From an uncultured Thermococci archaeon (GTDB taxonomy: Archaea; CAYQAE01; CAYVLA01), in the NCBI GenBank assembly GCA_964549615.1, contig CAZJVP010000101.1:1-64000 (forward strand): a stretch of DNA of 64,000 nucleotides, given 5' to 3'. Under the pieces are notes generated by a model that searched no databases, had not been told where the DNA came from, and worked only from the letters and a program-made list of their open reading frames with translations. Positions 8,195 through 16,961 of the stretch are shown one piece after another. The position numbers and the translations under genes were made by a program. Numbering within the stretch: the first letter of the stretch is position 1; each line of letters starts with the position of its first letter.

Positions 8195-8640
8195 CTATTT
8201 TGAAGCGACCCCGATCATGCTCAGTTCCAGGCATCTCCTGCGGAATTCTCCGTGGGTCAGGCATATTATGTCGGCCGCGATCGAGGGCTCCAGGACACGC
8301 TCCCTAGAGTGCACGCCTTCGCAGTCGTCGCTGAGGATGAGGAGGTCGTGATCGCTGGTCTTCAAATCATTCCCTCTCAGTCTGGATCCGAAAAGTATGA
8401 CTCTGGCGCCCGGGTGGACCCTTCGCAGGGCTTTGAGGAATGAGCGGTTCTAGATTCCCATTCTCTTTGGCGACTCAAGATACCACTCCCTCTGTCCCTT
8501 CCAGCATGGGCTCCGTGTTGGTCTCGTCGCATAACTCGCACGGCGGGCCGTCCGGAGCACCGGGTTGGCGCGACGCTCTTGAATGCTTTCTGGGCACAGA
8601 TTCGGCCCAGAAGATGGGTCGCGACACGATATCTATTTCT
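8195..8640 (-). pseudogene. Decayed HEPN + minimal nucleotidyltransferase (MNT) toxin-antitoxin pair
   Basis: Manual translation gives ARVILFGSRLRGNDLKTSDHDLLILSDD (GS-x10-DxD MNT motif), preceded by HEPN-like fragments CAQKAFKS and SRQPGAPDGPPCELCDE...VVS*VAKE, with stops and deletions. Confidence 0.65.
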
Positions 8641-8674
8641 TGCCCGTCCGTCTGGAAGACCCCGGGCTGTAGCT

Positions 8675-9928
8675 TTGCCGGGCGGTAAGACCCTCATAGC
8701 GGCCTTCCTGGCCATCGCGCTTCTGCAAACGGCAACCGGAGCTGAAAGGATCCGGGTCCTCCTCATAGGGCAGGTGACCCCCGAGCACTGTCCCGCACCC
8801 ATCTGGTTCGATTCGGAGCCCATGGTCGAGTACTCCCTTGTGCCGACCAAGTACTACAACGTGATGACCCTTGCCGAGGCCCAGCGGTTCGTCAGGCTTT
8901 ACCTTCCCCGCTCCCGTGAGGACATGGCCAAGGAGAGGTTCTTCATGTTCATCAATCCCTACTTTGAGCCCATGACCGTGGCACAGATAGACAACATGCG
9001 CTACGCCATGGTCGAAATGGGATCAGGAGGATTCCAGACGCTGGGGGGCATAACGATCGACTGGGCCGCGGTGAACTGGCCGTGGGTCCAGTCGTCCCTC
9101 GCGCCCATCTTCCCCAACGATCCGAACGCCTACGATGTCTGGGAGAAGCATAAGTCTACGGGCAACCAGCCCTATAAGGTTGAGGTAAACCGCGACCCGG
9201 CCCTTGCGCCGGTGCTGAAGATGTTCATCCCGCTTGGCATCGAGGAGGTGCGGGGCTACTGGACGATCGTCCTGATAGTTCCCCAGGAGGGCGCCACGGT
9301 GTGGGGCAGGGCAAGGGGGGCTTACACCCAGTTCTCCAGGAACCCGCCAGTAGCATGGCTGCTTTCTTGGAGGTACGGGAAGGCAATGACTTGGTCGGTG
9401 GCCGACGACCTGGACTGTCCCTGGTGGGGAAACACCTACTATCCTTCCGATCAGGAGTACGGCTTGGACATAATGATGAACATCATCCTCCACTCCCTGG
9501 GCAAACCGCTTCCGGAGGACATCGCCCTCGTGAGCGCCGTGAGGAACGACTTCGAGCGGTACGGTGCTAGGACCTCCACGATATCGGCCTTCCTGGACTT
9601 CGCGGAAAGGTTCGGCGCTGATCCCAGAAGGATCGTGGAGACGAAGAGCCGCATCGACGCTATGATGGATGAGGGTAAGCGGCTGTACCTGGATGGCCTC
9701 TACCAGGATGCCCTGGACAAATCGGAAGAGGCCCACGCCGCCCTGGAGGAGCTTGAGCTGAAAGCCATGAGGCTCAAGGACGAAGCCTTGATGTGGGTCT
9801 ACATGATCGAGTGGGCCGCGGTCACTGGGACCTGCATGATCACGGGCTACGTTCTCTACGCCCTCATGCTCAGGAGAAGGCTGTATCGCGAGGTCAGCGT
9901 TACGCGTGTGTACACCTCGCAGGTCTGA
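8675..9928 (+). CDS. Secreted, C-terminally membrane-anchored GATase1/DUF1355-like protein (paralog 1 of 5)
   Basis: Signal peptide, RIRVLLIG, RLYLPR, FAERFGAD, C-terminal KDEALMWVYMIEW-TM-RRRLYREV. Confidence 0.8.
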   Translation: MPGGKTLIAAFLAIALLQTATGAERIRVLLIGQVTPEHCPAPIWFDSEPMVEYSLVPTKYYNVMTLAEAQRFVRLYLPRSREDMAKERFFMFINPYFEPMTVAQIDNMRYAMVEMGSGGFQTLGGITIDWAAVNWPWVQSSLAPIFPNDPNAYDVWEKHKSTGNQPYKVEVNRDPALAPVLKMFIPLGIEEVRGYWTIVLIVPQEGATVWGRARGAYTQFSRNPPVAWLLSWRYGKAMTWSVADDLDCPWWGNTYYPSDQEYGLDIMMNIILHSLGKPLPEDIALVSAVRNDFERYGARTSTISAFLDFAERFGADPRRIVETKSRIDAMMDEGKRLYLDGLYQDALDKSEEAHAALEELELKAMRLKDEALMWVYMIEWAAVTGTCMITGYVLYALMLRRRLYREVSVTRVYTSQV

Positions 9929-10117
9929 GGTCTGCTTGGCATTCCTCCGCTTGAGGCGCAGAAGATGCCCCTGGGAATATCCACATAGCGCTGCTTCCCT
10001 CAGGACCGGCCATCCTAGGCGCTATGCGAAACTTGCACGTCCACGACGTCTTTTGCGTGATATCTTTATAATGGGCCGCGAACCTGTACCTGGCAAGATT
10101 GCTCACAGGGGAGAACG

Positions 10118-10423
10118 ATGTCGGCGGACGCCTCCTTCGAGACGGATGCAAAGGAAAGGTCCGCGAGGCCAGGGGCGGGAGTAAATCCCGCAATGAAGGA
10201 AGCTATGAGGGCCGGATGGAGGAGCCAATGGGCCGCGGAGAAGTCTCTGAGGGACAGGGGGTACGTCTGCGCTAGGTGCTCGTACTTCAAGTTGGACTCG
10301 AGCCACCCGCTGTCCAAGACATTTCCCGACCTTGGGATCTGCGAGAGGACGGGTTACCACAGATTCGGTTCGGCCTCCTGCAACGCGGGGAGATGGGAGG
10401 GCAGGAGCAGGCCGGACGTCTAG
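10118..10423 (+). CDS. Small hypothetical protein with putative Zn-binding Cys cluster
   Basis: CARC...GICERT...C. TATA-like TTTATAA at about 10065-10071. Confidence 0.55.
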   Translation: MSADASFETDAKERSARPGAGVNPAMKEAMRAGWRSQWAAEKSLRDRGYVCARCSYFKLDSSHPLSKTFPDLGICERTGYHRFGSASCNAGRWEGRSRPDV

Positions 10424-10495
10424 GTCCGAACGGCCGCCGCCCCGGTCGCCGGGTTGATATTTTAAGTGCCGGCGTCTCTTGCATACCGATCCTCA

Positions 10496-11242
10496 GTGTC
10501 GGCCGATGCGCGGGCGGAACTCGCCAAGTCCATCGCCTTCGCGATGGCTCACGGCCAAACCATCTTCTTGGTGTGCGAGTGCGAGATTCGCTACCAAGGG
10601 AGAGCAAGATCCCACCTCGGGCGCGGAGAGAGGATGATAATCCTCAAAGAGGACGGCACCCTCATAGTGCACCAGAAGCGCGGGCGGGAGCCCGTGAACT
10701 GGATGCCCCCCAGAACCAAGACGGAGCTCGTCGAGACGAACGGAACGCTGCGGCTGGTGTGCCGCAAGCAGCGCGAACGCGAGAGGATGGAGATCGACAT
10801 CTTCTCGGTGAAAAGCTTTCAGTCCTTTCACTTGGAGGACTTCTCCCGGTTGGACGTCTACGGCACCGAGAGGGATTATGTGAGAGAGCTCATCAAGAAT
10901 CCTTCGATCATCGAGAAGGGCTTCAAGCTGTCCAAGAACGAGCGTGTCACGGTCGCGGGGAGCATAGACATCAGCGGCGTTGACTCCGAGGGCAAACCCG
11001 TCGTCGTGGAGGTTAAACGGTCCAAGGCCACTCCGCATGACGTGGTTCAACTGAAGCGTTACGTCGATTCGGTGAAAAAGAAGACCAACCAACCCGTCAG
11101 GGGGATACTCGTCTGCCCCTCTTCCTCAAGCAAGGCCCGTAGGCTTATCCTCGAGTATGGCCTTGAGATCAAGAAGGTGGACCCGTTGAGGCTGGAGCGG
11201 GGGCGCGGCCGGGCGGACCTGACCAGGTTCATTTCCAACTAG
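10496..11242 (+). CDS. nucS: Endonuclease NucS/EndoMS
   Basis: Y.GRARS.L..GER, DGTLIVH...PVNW, IDI...D..G..VVVEVKR, QLKRY. Start chosen downstream of the TTTTAAG TATA (ORF track start 10466). Confidence 0.93.
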   Translation: MSADARAELAKSIAFAMAHGQTIFLVCECEIRYQGRARSHLGRGERMIILKEDGTLIVHQKRGREPVNWMPPRTKTELVETNGTLRLVCRKQRERERMEIDIFSVKSFQSFHLEDFSRLDVYGTERDYVRELIKNPSIIEKGFKLSKNERVTVAGSIDISGVDSEGKPVVVEVKRSKATPHDVVQLKRYVDSVKKKTNQPVRGILVCPSSSSKARRLILEYGLEIKKVDPLRLERGRGRADLTRFISN

Positions 11243-12324
11243 GAAACGATCTCCGCCACAGCGGAAAGGAAGGACGCGTTCTGCTCCTCGGTTCCAACCG
11301 TCACCCTCACGTGTTGAGGAAGCCCGAAGCTTGAGCAGTCTCTCACCGCGAAGCCCTTCCGCAGGAGGGCCTCTGTGAACTCCGTGGCCGTGAAGCCGGC
11401 TTGCCCCACAGGGACGAGCAGAAAGTTCGCCTCGGATGGCACACACTCGAGCCCCAGCCTAGCGAGCCCCTCCGCTAGGAAGCGTCTTCCATTCCTTATC
11501 CTCTGGACCGACCTTTGCATGTAGGTTTGGTCGGACAGAGCGGCCACAGCTGCGGCCTGTGCAACCGAGCTGGCGTTGAAGGGCATCCTGACAAGGTCAA
11601 GGTAGCGCACTACGTGGGCGGGTGCCACAGCGTACCCGATCCGCAAGCCAGCCAAGCCGTAGGCCTTTGAGAAGGTTCGCACCACGGCCGCGTCCAACCC
11701 TTCGCGGATCACGTGCTTGTACGGCGAGGCATAGTTCTCGGAGAATTCGGCGTAGGCCTCGTCAACCACGAGAAAGATGCCCCTGTCGGTTGCATAGGCG
11801 ATGAGTTCCGCGAGCTGGTCCTCCGTGAGGATCGACCCGGTCGGATTGTTGGGCGTGCAGACCAGCATCATGCGCGTTCTAGAGTCGCACGCCTCCTTCA
11901 GTCCTCGGACGTTTATCTTCAGATCAGGAAGATCGCTCACCAGGCGGCGCTCTGCGCCCAGGGCCCGCGCGATCGCGTCGTAGGTAGAGAAGCTGGAGTG
12001 TGTGACGAGGTTGTCCCCCTCAGAAAGGTAGAGTTTGCCGAGGTTGTCTAGGACATCATCCGAGCCGTTGCCCACGAATATGCACTCGGGCCCCACCTCG
12101 AGGATCTCCGCCAGCTTAGACCTAAGGGTTCTGGCCTCCTTGTCCGGGTAGAGATTCACCCTCTCCGCGACGGCCCTTATGGCCTCGACAGCCTTGGGCG
12201 AGGGCCCGTACGGATTCTCGTTGGAGGACATCTTGGTGATGGGTCTGCCTACGTCGTGGCTTGAGATGCCCGGTGCGTAGGGCTTTATGCCCAGCACCGA
12301 CTTCTTGACCGCGATCCTCGCCAT
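11239..12324 (-). CDS. hisC: Histidinol-phosphate aminotransferase
   Basis: SNENPYG, GNGSD, PNNPTG, DEAY, RTFSKAYGLAGLRIGY. Confidence 0.93.
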   Translation of the reverse strand: MARIAVKKSVLGIKPYAPGISSHDVGRPITKMSSNENPYGPSPKAVEAIRAVAERVNLYPDKEARTLRSKLAEILEVGPECIFVGNGSDDVLDNLGKLYLSEGDNLVTHSSFSTYDAIARALGAERRLVSDLPDLKINVRGLKEACDSRTRMMLVCTPNNPTGSILTEDQLAELIAYATDRGIFLVVDEAYAEFSENYASPYKHVIREGLDAAVVRTFSKAYGLAGLRIGYAVAPAHVVRYLDLVRMPFNASSVAQAAAVAALSDQTYMQRSVQRIRNGRRFLAEGLARLGLECVPSEANFLLVPVGQAGFTATEFTEALLRKGFAVRDCSSFGLPQHVRVTVGTEEQNASFLSAVAEIVS

Positions 12325-12398
12325 CCTGCCTACCCGAATGCTCCGGGGGCGGCTGGCATATGAAATATGTTAGCGCGACGGACCCCTCGCGATGCCCG

Positions 12399-12860
12399 TT
12401 ATCTGCCGAGCTTGGCGATCATCGACACCTCGACGGGGCTGTCGTCGGGGAGCTCGCTGACCCCCACGGCCACCCTTGAATGCTGTCCTGCCTCCCCAAA
12501 GGCCTGGAGGATCAGATCGGATGCCCCGTTGAGGACTTTGGGCTGTTCGTTGAAGCCGTCCGCGCTGTTCACGTAACCCTCAATTTTGACGATTCTCTCG
12601 ATCCGGTCCAGATCCTTGATCGCGGCCTTAAGACAGGCGAGGCAGTTGACCGCGCAGATGCGAGCGGCCTCGTAGCCCTGTTGAACCGTGAGCTCTCTGC
12701 CGACCTTCCCCCTGTATCTCAGGATTCCGCCGACGGTCGCCTTCTCCCCCGAGACGAAGACGAAGGGAGAGGCCACGACGGCCGGCACGTAGGCGCCGAG
12801 GGGCTTCGGAGGTTGCGGAAGATCTATGCCGAGCTTCTTGAGCCTCTTCTCAACGATCAT
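12399..12860 (-). CDS. RidA/YjgF family protein
   Basis: P.GAYVP, FNEQPKVLNGASDL, HSRVAVGVSELP...VE. Confidence 0.92.
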   Translation of the reverse strand: MIVEKRLKKLGIDLPQPPKPLGAYVPAVVASPFVFVSGEKATVGGILRYRGKVGRELTVQQGYEAARICAVNCLACLKAAIKDLDRIERIVKIEGYVNSADGFNEQPKVLNGASDLILQAFGEAGQHSRVAVGVSELPDDSPVEVSMIAKLGR

Positions 12861-13009
12861 GCGATGACTAACTTCGAGCGCACGGAAATATGTGTTTCGA
12901 TCTTGATATGGAATCTTGGGTGAAAGCTCGACCTGCGTCGGTTGGCGGGACGGGCGCACCGCGGTCACGTTCAAAAGAGAAATAAGGCGATTTCCCAAAG
13001 CGGCGGACG

Positions 13010-13834
13010 GTGTGTCTGGTGCGCTTTGGAAGGGTCCTGGTCCCGGTCGATGGTTCCAAGTCCTCTTTTCAGTCCTTGGAGATGGCCGCGACCCTGTCCA
13101 AACGTATGGCGTCAGAAGCGACGGTCATCCACGTCATTCCCGAGTCCGCCGTTGCCCCTGCGGAAGGCGAGCCGCGGGCGATCGGGAAGGAAGTCGTTTC
13201 GCACTTGGAGCAAAATGCCGAGTCGATCATATCCAGCGCACGGTCGCTCTTTGCGGAGGAAGGGCTTGAGGTCAAGTCCGACGTCCTCAGGTACCGGGAC
13301 CCTTCCAACGCGATCCTGGAATTCGCCGAGGATGGGGCGTACGACCTGGTGATCATGGGCAACGGCGAGGACGACCGATGGGAGCTGGACAGCGTTGGGC
13401 GGGTTGCGGAGAAGGTCACGAAGACCTGGAAGGGATCCGTTCTGGTCGTCAAGAAGACCTGCGGGCTTTCGAGGATATCGGTCGTGATTGGCAGCGAAGG
13501 GGAAACCGGGGTTCTCGAGCTGGCGGCAGATCTTGCGAGGAGTTTCGGCTCCCAGTTAAAGGTGATCTCGGCCCCGAGAGACGGAAAGGCCGCGGCGGAT
13601 TCCGCCCTCGAGGTGCAGCTGAGGAAGGCAAGGGAGTTGGGCCTTGCCCCGCAGGGCGAGGCGATGCCAAGGAGGGACGTCAAGCAGCTGAACAGGATGC
13701 TCTCGGCCGATCTAACCCAGCTTGCCATCCTCCAGAAGCCGACCCCGGGGATCCTGGGACGCTTTCTCCGCGAAGGGGGGTGGGCCTACAGGGTCCTCTT
13801 GAGCTGCCCGTGTTCCGTGATGCTGAAGGCCTGA
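13010..13834 (+). CDS. Universal stress protein (tandem USP domains)
   Basis: VLVPVDGS, DLVIMG, C-terminal PCSVML. Confidence 0.85.
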   Translation: MCLVRFGRVLVPVDGSKSSFQSLEMAATLSKRMASEATVIHVIPESAVAPAEGEPRAIGKEVVSHLEQNAESIISSARSLFAEEGLEVKSDVLRYRDPSNAILEFAEDGAYDLVIMGNGEDDRWELDSVGRVAEKVTKTWKGSVLVVKKTCGLSRISVVIGSEGETGVLELAADLARSFGSQLKVISAPRDGKAAADSALEVQLRKARELGLAPQGEAMPRRDVKQLNRMLSADLTQLAILQKPTPGILGRFLREGGWAYRVLLSCPCSVMLKA

Positions 13835-13852
13835 GAAAAGGGATGTGCGCCC

Positions 13853-14629
13853 ATGTCCCAACCGGTTCTGACGGTCATCGGCTTGCCCGGACTGCCATTG
13901 GTTAGGAAGGGTGACGACCTTGGATGCCTGATTCATGAGGCGGCGGTAAGATCCAGGACTCAGCTGCTGGACGGCGACATCCTCGTCGTGTCGGAGACCG
14001 TCGTCTCTCGCGCCGAGGGAAGCGTGGTCAGGCTGGACGATGTCGTTCCTTCAGCCGCCGCACTCAAGTACGCCACCATCACGGGCAAGGACCCCCGGGT
14101 TGTCGAGGTCGTGCTAAGGCAGTCCCGCAGGGTGGTGTTGGCTCGGCGGGGTTTCATGGTGTGTGAGACGCTGAAGGGTTTCGTGTGCGCAAACGCAGGG
14201 GTCGACGCCTCAAACAACGAGGCTGGGTATGTCTCAACCCTTCCCGAGGATCCGGATCGGTCCGCGCGCTCCATAGCCGCCTCCATCAAGGCCCGTTGCG
14301 GGGTGGATGTCGCGGTGATAATATCGGATTCGGAGGGAAGGCCATTCAGGAAGGGGGCAATCGGGGTCGCCGTCGGGGTGTGGGGGATATCCCCCATACG
14401 CTCGTTCATCGGCATCCCGGATCTTTTCGGCCGAAAGCTTGAGACCACCCTCGTGTGCACGGCGGATATGGTGTGCAGCGCGGCGGCGCTCATCATGGGC
14501 GAGGCCGCTGAGGGCCTGCCCGTCGTCATCGTCAGGGGGCTAAAGTACGAGAGGGAGGGGAAGATAAGCGACGTTCTGTACGAGGAGGACGCGTTCATGC
14601 AGGAGCTTGAGGGGAGGCGCATCGATTGA
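13853..14629 (+). CDS. cofE: Coenzyme F420-0:L-glutamate ligase
   Basis: LPLVRKGDDL, VSRAEG, CANAGVDASN, LPEDPDRSA, DSEGRPFRKG, MGEAAEGLPVVIVRG. Confidence 0.92.
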   Translation: MSQPVLTVIGLPGLPLVRKGDDLGCLIHEAAVRSRTQLLDGDILVVSETVVSRAEGSVVRLDDVVPSAAALKYATITGKDPRVVEVVLRQSRRVVLARRGFMVCETLKGFVCANAGVDASNNEAGYVSTLPEDPDRSARSIAASIKARCGVDVAVIISDSEGRPFRKGAIGVAVGVWGISPIRSFIGIPDLFGRKLETTLVCTADMVCSAAALIMGEAAEGLPVVIVRGLKYEREGKISDVLYEEDAFMQELEGRRID

Positions 14630-15408
14630 TCACCCTGACCACCGACTTTGATCCCGTGTACGTGGCCCAGATGAAGGGCGCGATTCTGGAGCTCAACCCG
14701 AACGCCACGATCGTCGACATCTCACACGACGTTGGGCGGTTCAATATTAGGAAGGCCAGCTTCGTATTGATGTGCGCGGCCCGGGCCTTCCCGGGAAACG
14801 CGGTGCACGTCTGCGTCGTGGACCCTGGCGTTGGAACCTCGAGGAGAGGCCTAATCGTGATTGCCCAGCGGGGGCGTTTCGTGGGACCCGACAACGGGGT
14901 TTTCACCTTGGCCCTGAGAGGCGGTGGATATACGAGCTACGCGATCGACCCGAGGCTCGTCGAGGAGAGGACCCAGCGTTCGATCTCGAACACCTTCCAC
15001 GGCCGGGACATATTCGCCCCCGTCGCCGCACTTCTCGATATGGGGCAGGCCCCCGACGAACTGGGCAGGCGGGTCGATGGCATCCAGACCATCAAGGTAG
15101 CCCCGCCCGCCGAGACCACGAACGGCGCTAGGGGTGAGGTGATCTTCGTCGACGGCTTCGGAAACGTGGTCACGAACATCTCGGAGGAGCTCCTACGGGC
15201 GCCCCCAGGGACCAGGCTGAGGCTCATCATGGGAGGAAAGACTTTTCCGTCGCTTGCGGCGTCTTGCTACGCCGACGGTGAGCCCGGGCAGCTGATCGTG
15301 ATCGTCGGGAGCCAGCAGACCTACGAGATCGCGATCAACCAGGGGAACGCGTCCTCGGTCATCGGCGGAACGGAGGGTCAGGAAGTCCTGATAGTCCGGG
15401 AGGGCTGA
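14626..15408 (+). CDS. SAM hydroxide adenosyltransferase (DUF62, chlorinase/fluorinase family)
   Basis: ITLTTDF, VVDPGVGT.RR, GPDNG, TFHGRDIFAP, DGFGN. Confidence 0.93.
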   Translation: MITLTTDFDPVYVAQMKGAILELNPNATIVDISHDVGRFNIRKASFVLMCAARAFPGNAVHVCVVDPGVGTSRRGLIVIAQRGRFVGPDNGVFTLALRGGGYTSYAIDPRLVEERTQRSISNTFHGRDIFAPVAALLDMGQAPDELGRRVDGIQTIKVAPPAETTNGARGEVIFVDGFGNVVTNISEELLRAPPGTRLRLIMGGKTFPSLAASCYADGEPGQLIVIVGSQQTYEIAINQGNASSVIGGTEGQEVLIVREG

Positions 15409-15411
15409 CGT

Positions 15412-15948
15412 TTGACCACGGGCCTGTACATAGGGAGGTTCCAGCCCGTCCACAAGGGACACATCCTTAGCATAAAGAGCATCTTGGAGCAGGTCGACGA
15501 TCTGGCGGTTGTTGTGGGCAGCGCCCTGAACTCCTATTCGCTGGAGAACCCTTTCACAGCCGGCGAGAGGATCAAGATGCTTCGGGACGCATTCGTCGAG
15601 GCGGGCATCCCGCTCTCCAGGGTCATCATCCTCGCCGTTCCGGACACCCTTCCCCCGAACTACCACTCCATTTACGTCTCCCAGGTGGAAACCTACTGCC
15701 CCCGCTTCGACGTGGTATTTACCCATAATCCGCTTGTGAAGACGCTTTTCCAGAAGGCAGGCTACGATGTGAGGGAGCACGAAACATTCGATCGAGACAG
15801 GTACTGCGGGACGACGATCAGGGAACGAATGCTGAACGGCAAGGATTGGAAGGAGTTGGTTCCGCCGAGCGTGGCGAGGTATATTGAGGAATTGGACGGC
15901 GTTGGGAGGCTGAAGCAGCTCTCGGCCTCCGACAAGCCACAGCCCTAG
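15412..15948 (+). CDS. nadM: Nicotinamide-nucleotide adenylyltransferase (archaeal)
   Basis: GRFQPVHKGH, NPFTAGER, GTTIRERM, W..LVP. Confidence 0.93.
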   Translation: MTTGLYIGRFQPVHKGHILSIKSILEQVDDLAVVVGSALNSYSLENPFTAGERIKMLRDAFVEAGIPLSRVIILAVPDTLPPNYHSIYVSQVETYCPRFDVVFTHNPLVKTLFQKAGYDVREHETFDRDRYCGTTIRERMLNGKDWKELVPPSVARYIEELDGVGRLKQLSASDKPQP

Positions 15949-15962
15949 AGGAGGTCTGGATC

Positions 15963-16955
15963 TTGACCGACAAGGCACAGAGGATAAAGGTGGGTGTCAT
16001 CGGCCTCGGGTGGGCCGGTAGAGAGCACCTTAAGAGATACGCTGCAAACCCCCGTGCGGAGATCGTCGGGGTTGCCGACACGGTCCGCGAGACGGCCGAC
16101 AGCGTGGCGGGGATCTACGGGGTGAAGGCCTTCTACGACCCCCTTGAACTTCTCGAGGTCGATGGCCTCAATGCCGTGAGCATCTGCACCCCGAACGTGT
16201 TCCACGCCCCGCTGGCGATTGCCGCCGCCAAGAGGGGAGTGAGCGCCCTGACCGAGAAGCCCATGTGCACGACCTCCGAGGAAGGAAGGAGGATGGTGCG
16301 GGCGGCGGAGAGGGCCGGGACCAAGCTCATGGTCGCAGTGTGCAGGAGATTCGAGGCCGGGAGCGTCTACCTCAAGAGGATCGTTGAGTCCGGCTATCTT
16401 GGGACCATCAACTACGCCAGATGCCATTGGCTTAGACACAACGGGAACCCGGGCAGGTGGTTTGCCCAGAAGAACCTGTCCGGCGGGGGCCCGATGCTGG
16501 ACATCGGCGTGCACCTGCTTGACCTGACGTGGTGGTTCATGGGCTCGCCCAAACCGGCATACTGCCTGGGCAGGTGCTTTGGTTCGAAGGACGAGAACGC
16601 GGTCGAGGACATCGCCATCGGTGCCATCACGTTCGAGACGGGGCAGATCGTACATGTGGGTGCGAGCTGGGTCGCTGGATGGAAGGGAGAGACCGCTAGC
16701 ATACTGGTCGGGGACAAGGGCGGGGCCTCAAGATACCCGCTCGAGATATACAAGGATATCGAGGGCACGCCGACGAGCATGACGCCGGAGATCAGGGAGA
16801 TCGACAGCTTCCAGGCCGAGATCGACCACTTCATCGACTGCGTGATCAACGACAAGACCCCCATACCCAACGGGGTCGAGGGCTGGAACGTCGTCAAGAT
16901 GCTCGAGGCCGTATACAGGTCGTCGGAGAAGAACGCGCCGGTGAGGATCGTCTAG
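15963..16955 (+). CDS. Gfo/Idh/MocA family oxidoreductase
   Basis: GVIGLG, CTPNVFH, EKP, GGGPMLDIGVH. Confidence 0.92.
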   Translation: MTDKAQRIKVGVIGLGWAGREHLKRYAANPRAEIVGVADTVRETADSVAGIYGVKAFYDPLELLEVDGLNAVSICTPNVFHAPLAIAAAKRGVSALTEKPMCTTSEEGRRMVRAAERAGTKLMVAVCRRFEAGSVYLKRIVESGYLGTINYARCHWLRHNGNPGRWFAQKNLSGGGPMLDIGVHLLDLTWWFMGSPKPAYCLGRCFGSKDENAVEDIAIGAITFETGQIVHVGASWVAGWKGETASILVGDKGGASRYPLEIYKDIEGTPTSMTPEIREIDSFQAEIDHFIDCVINDKTPIPNGVEGWNVVKMLEAVYRSSEKNAPVRIV

Positions 16956-16961
16956 CCTACG

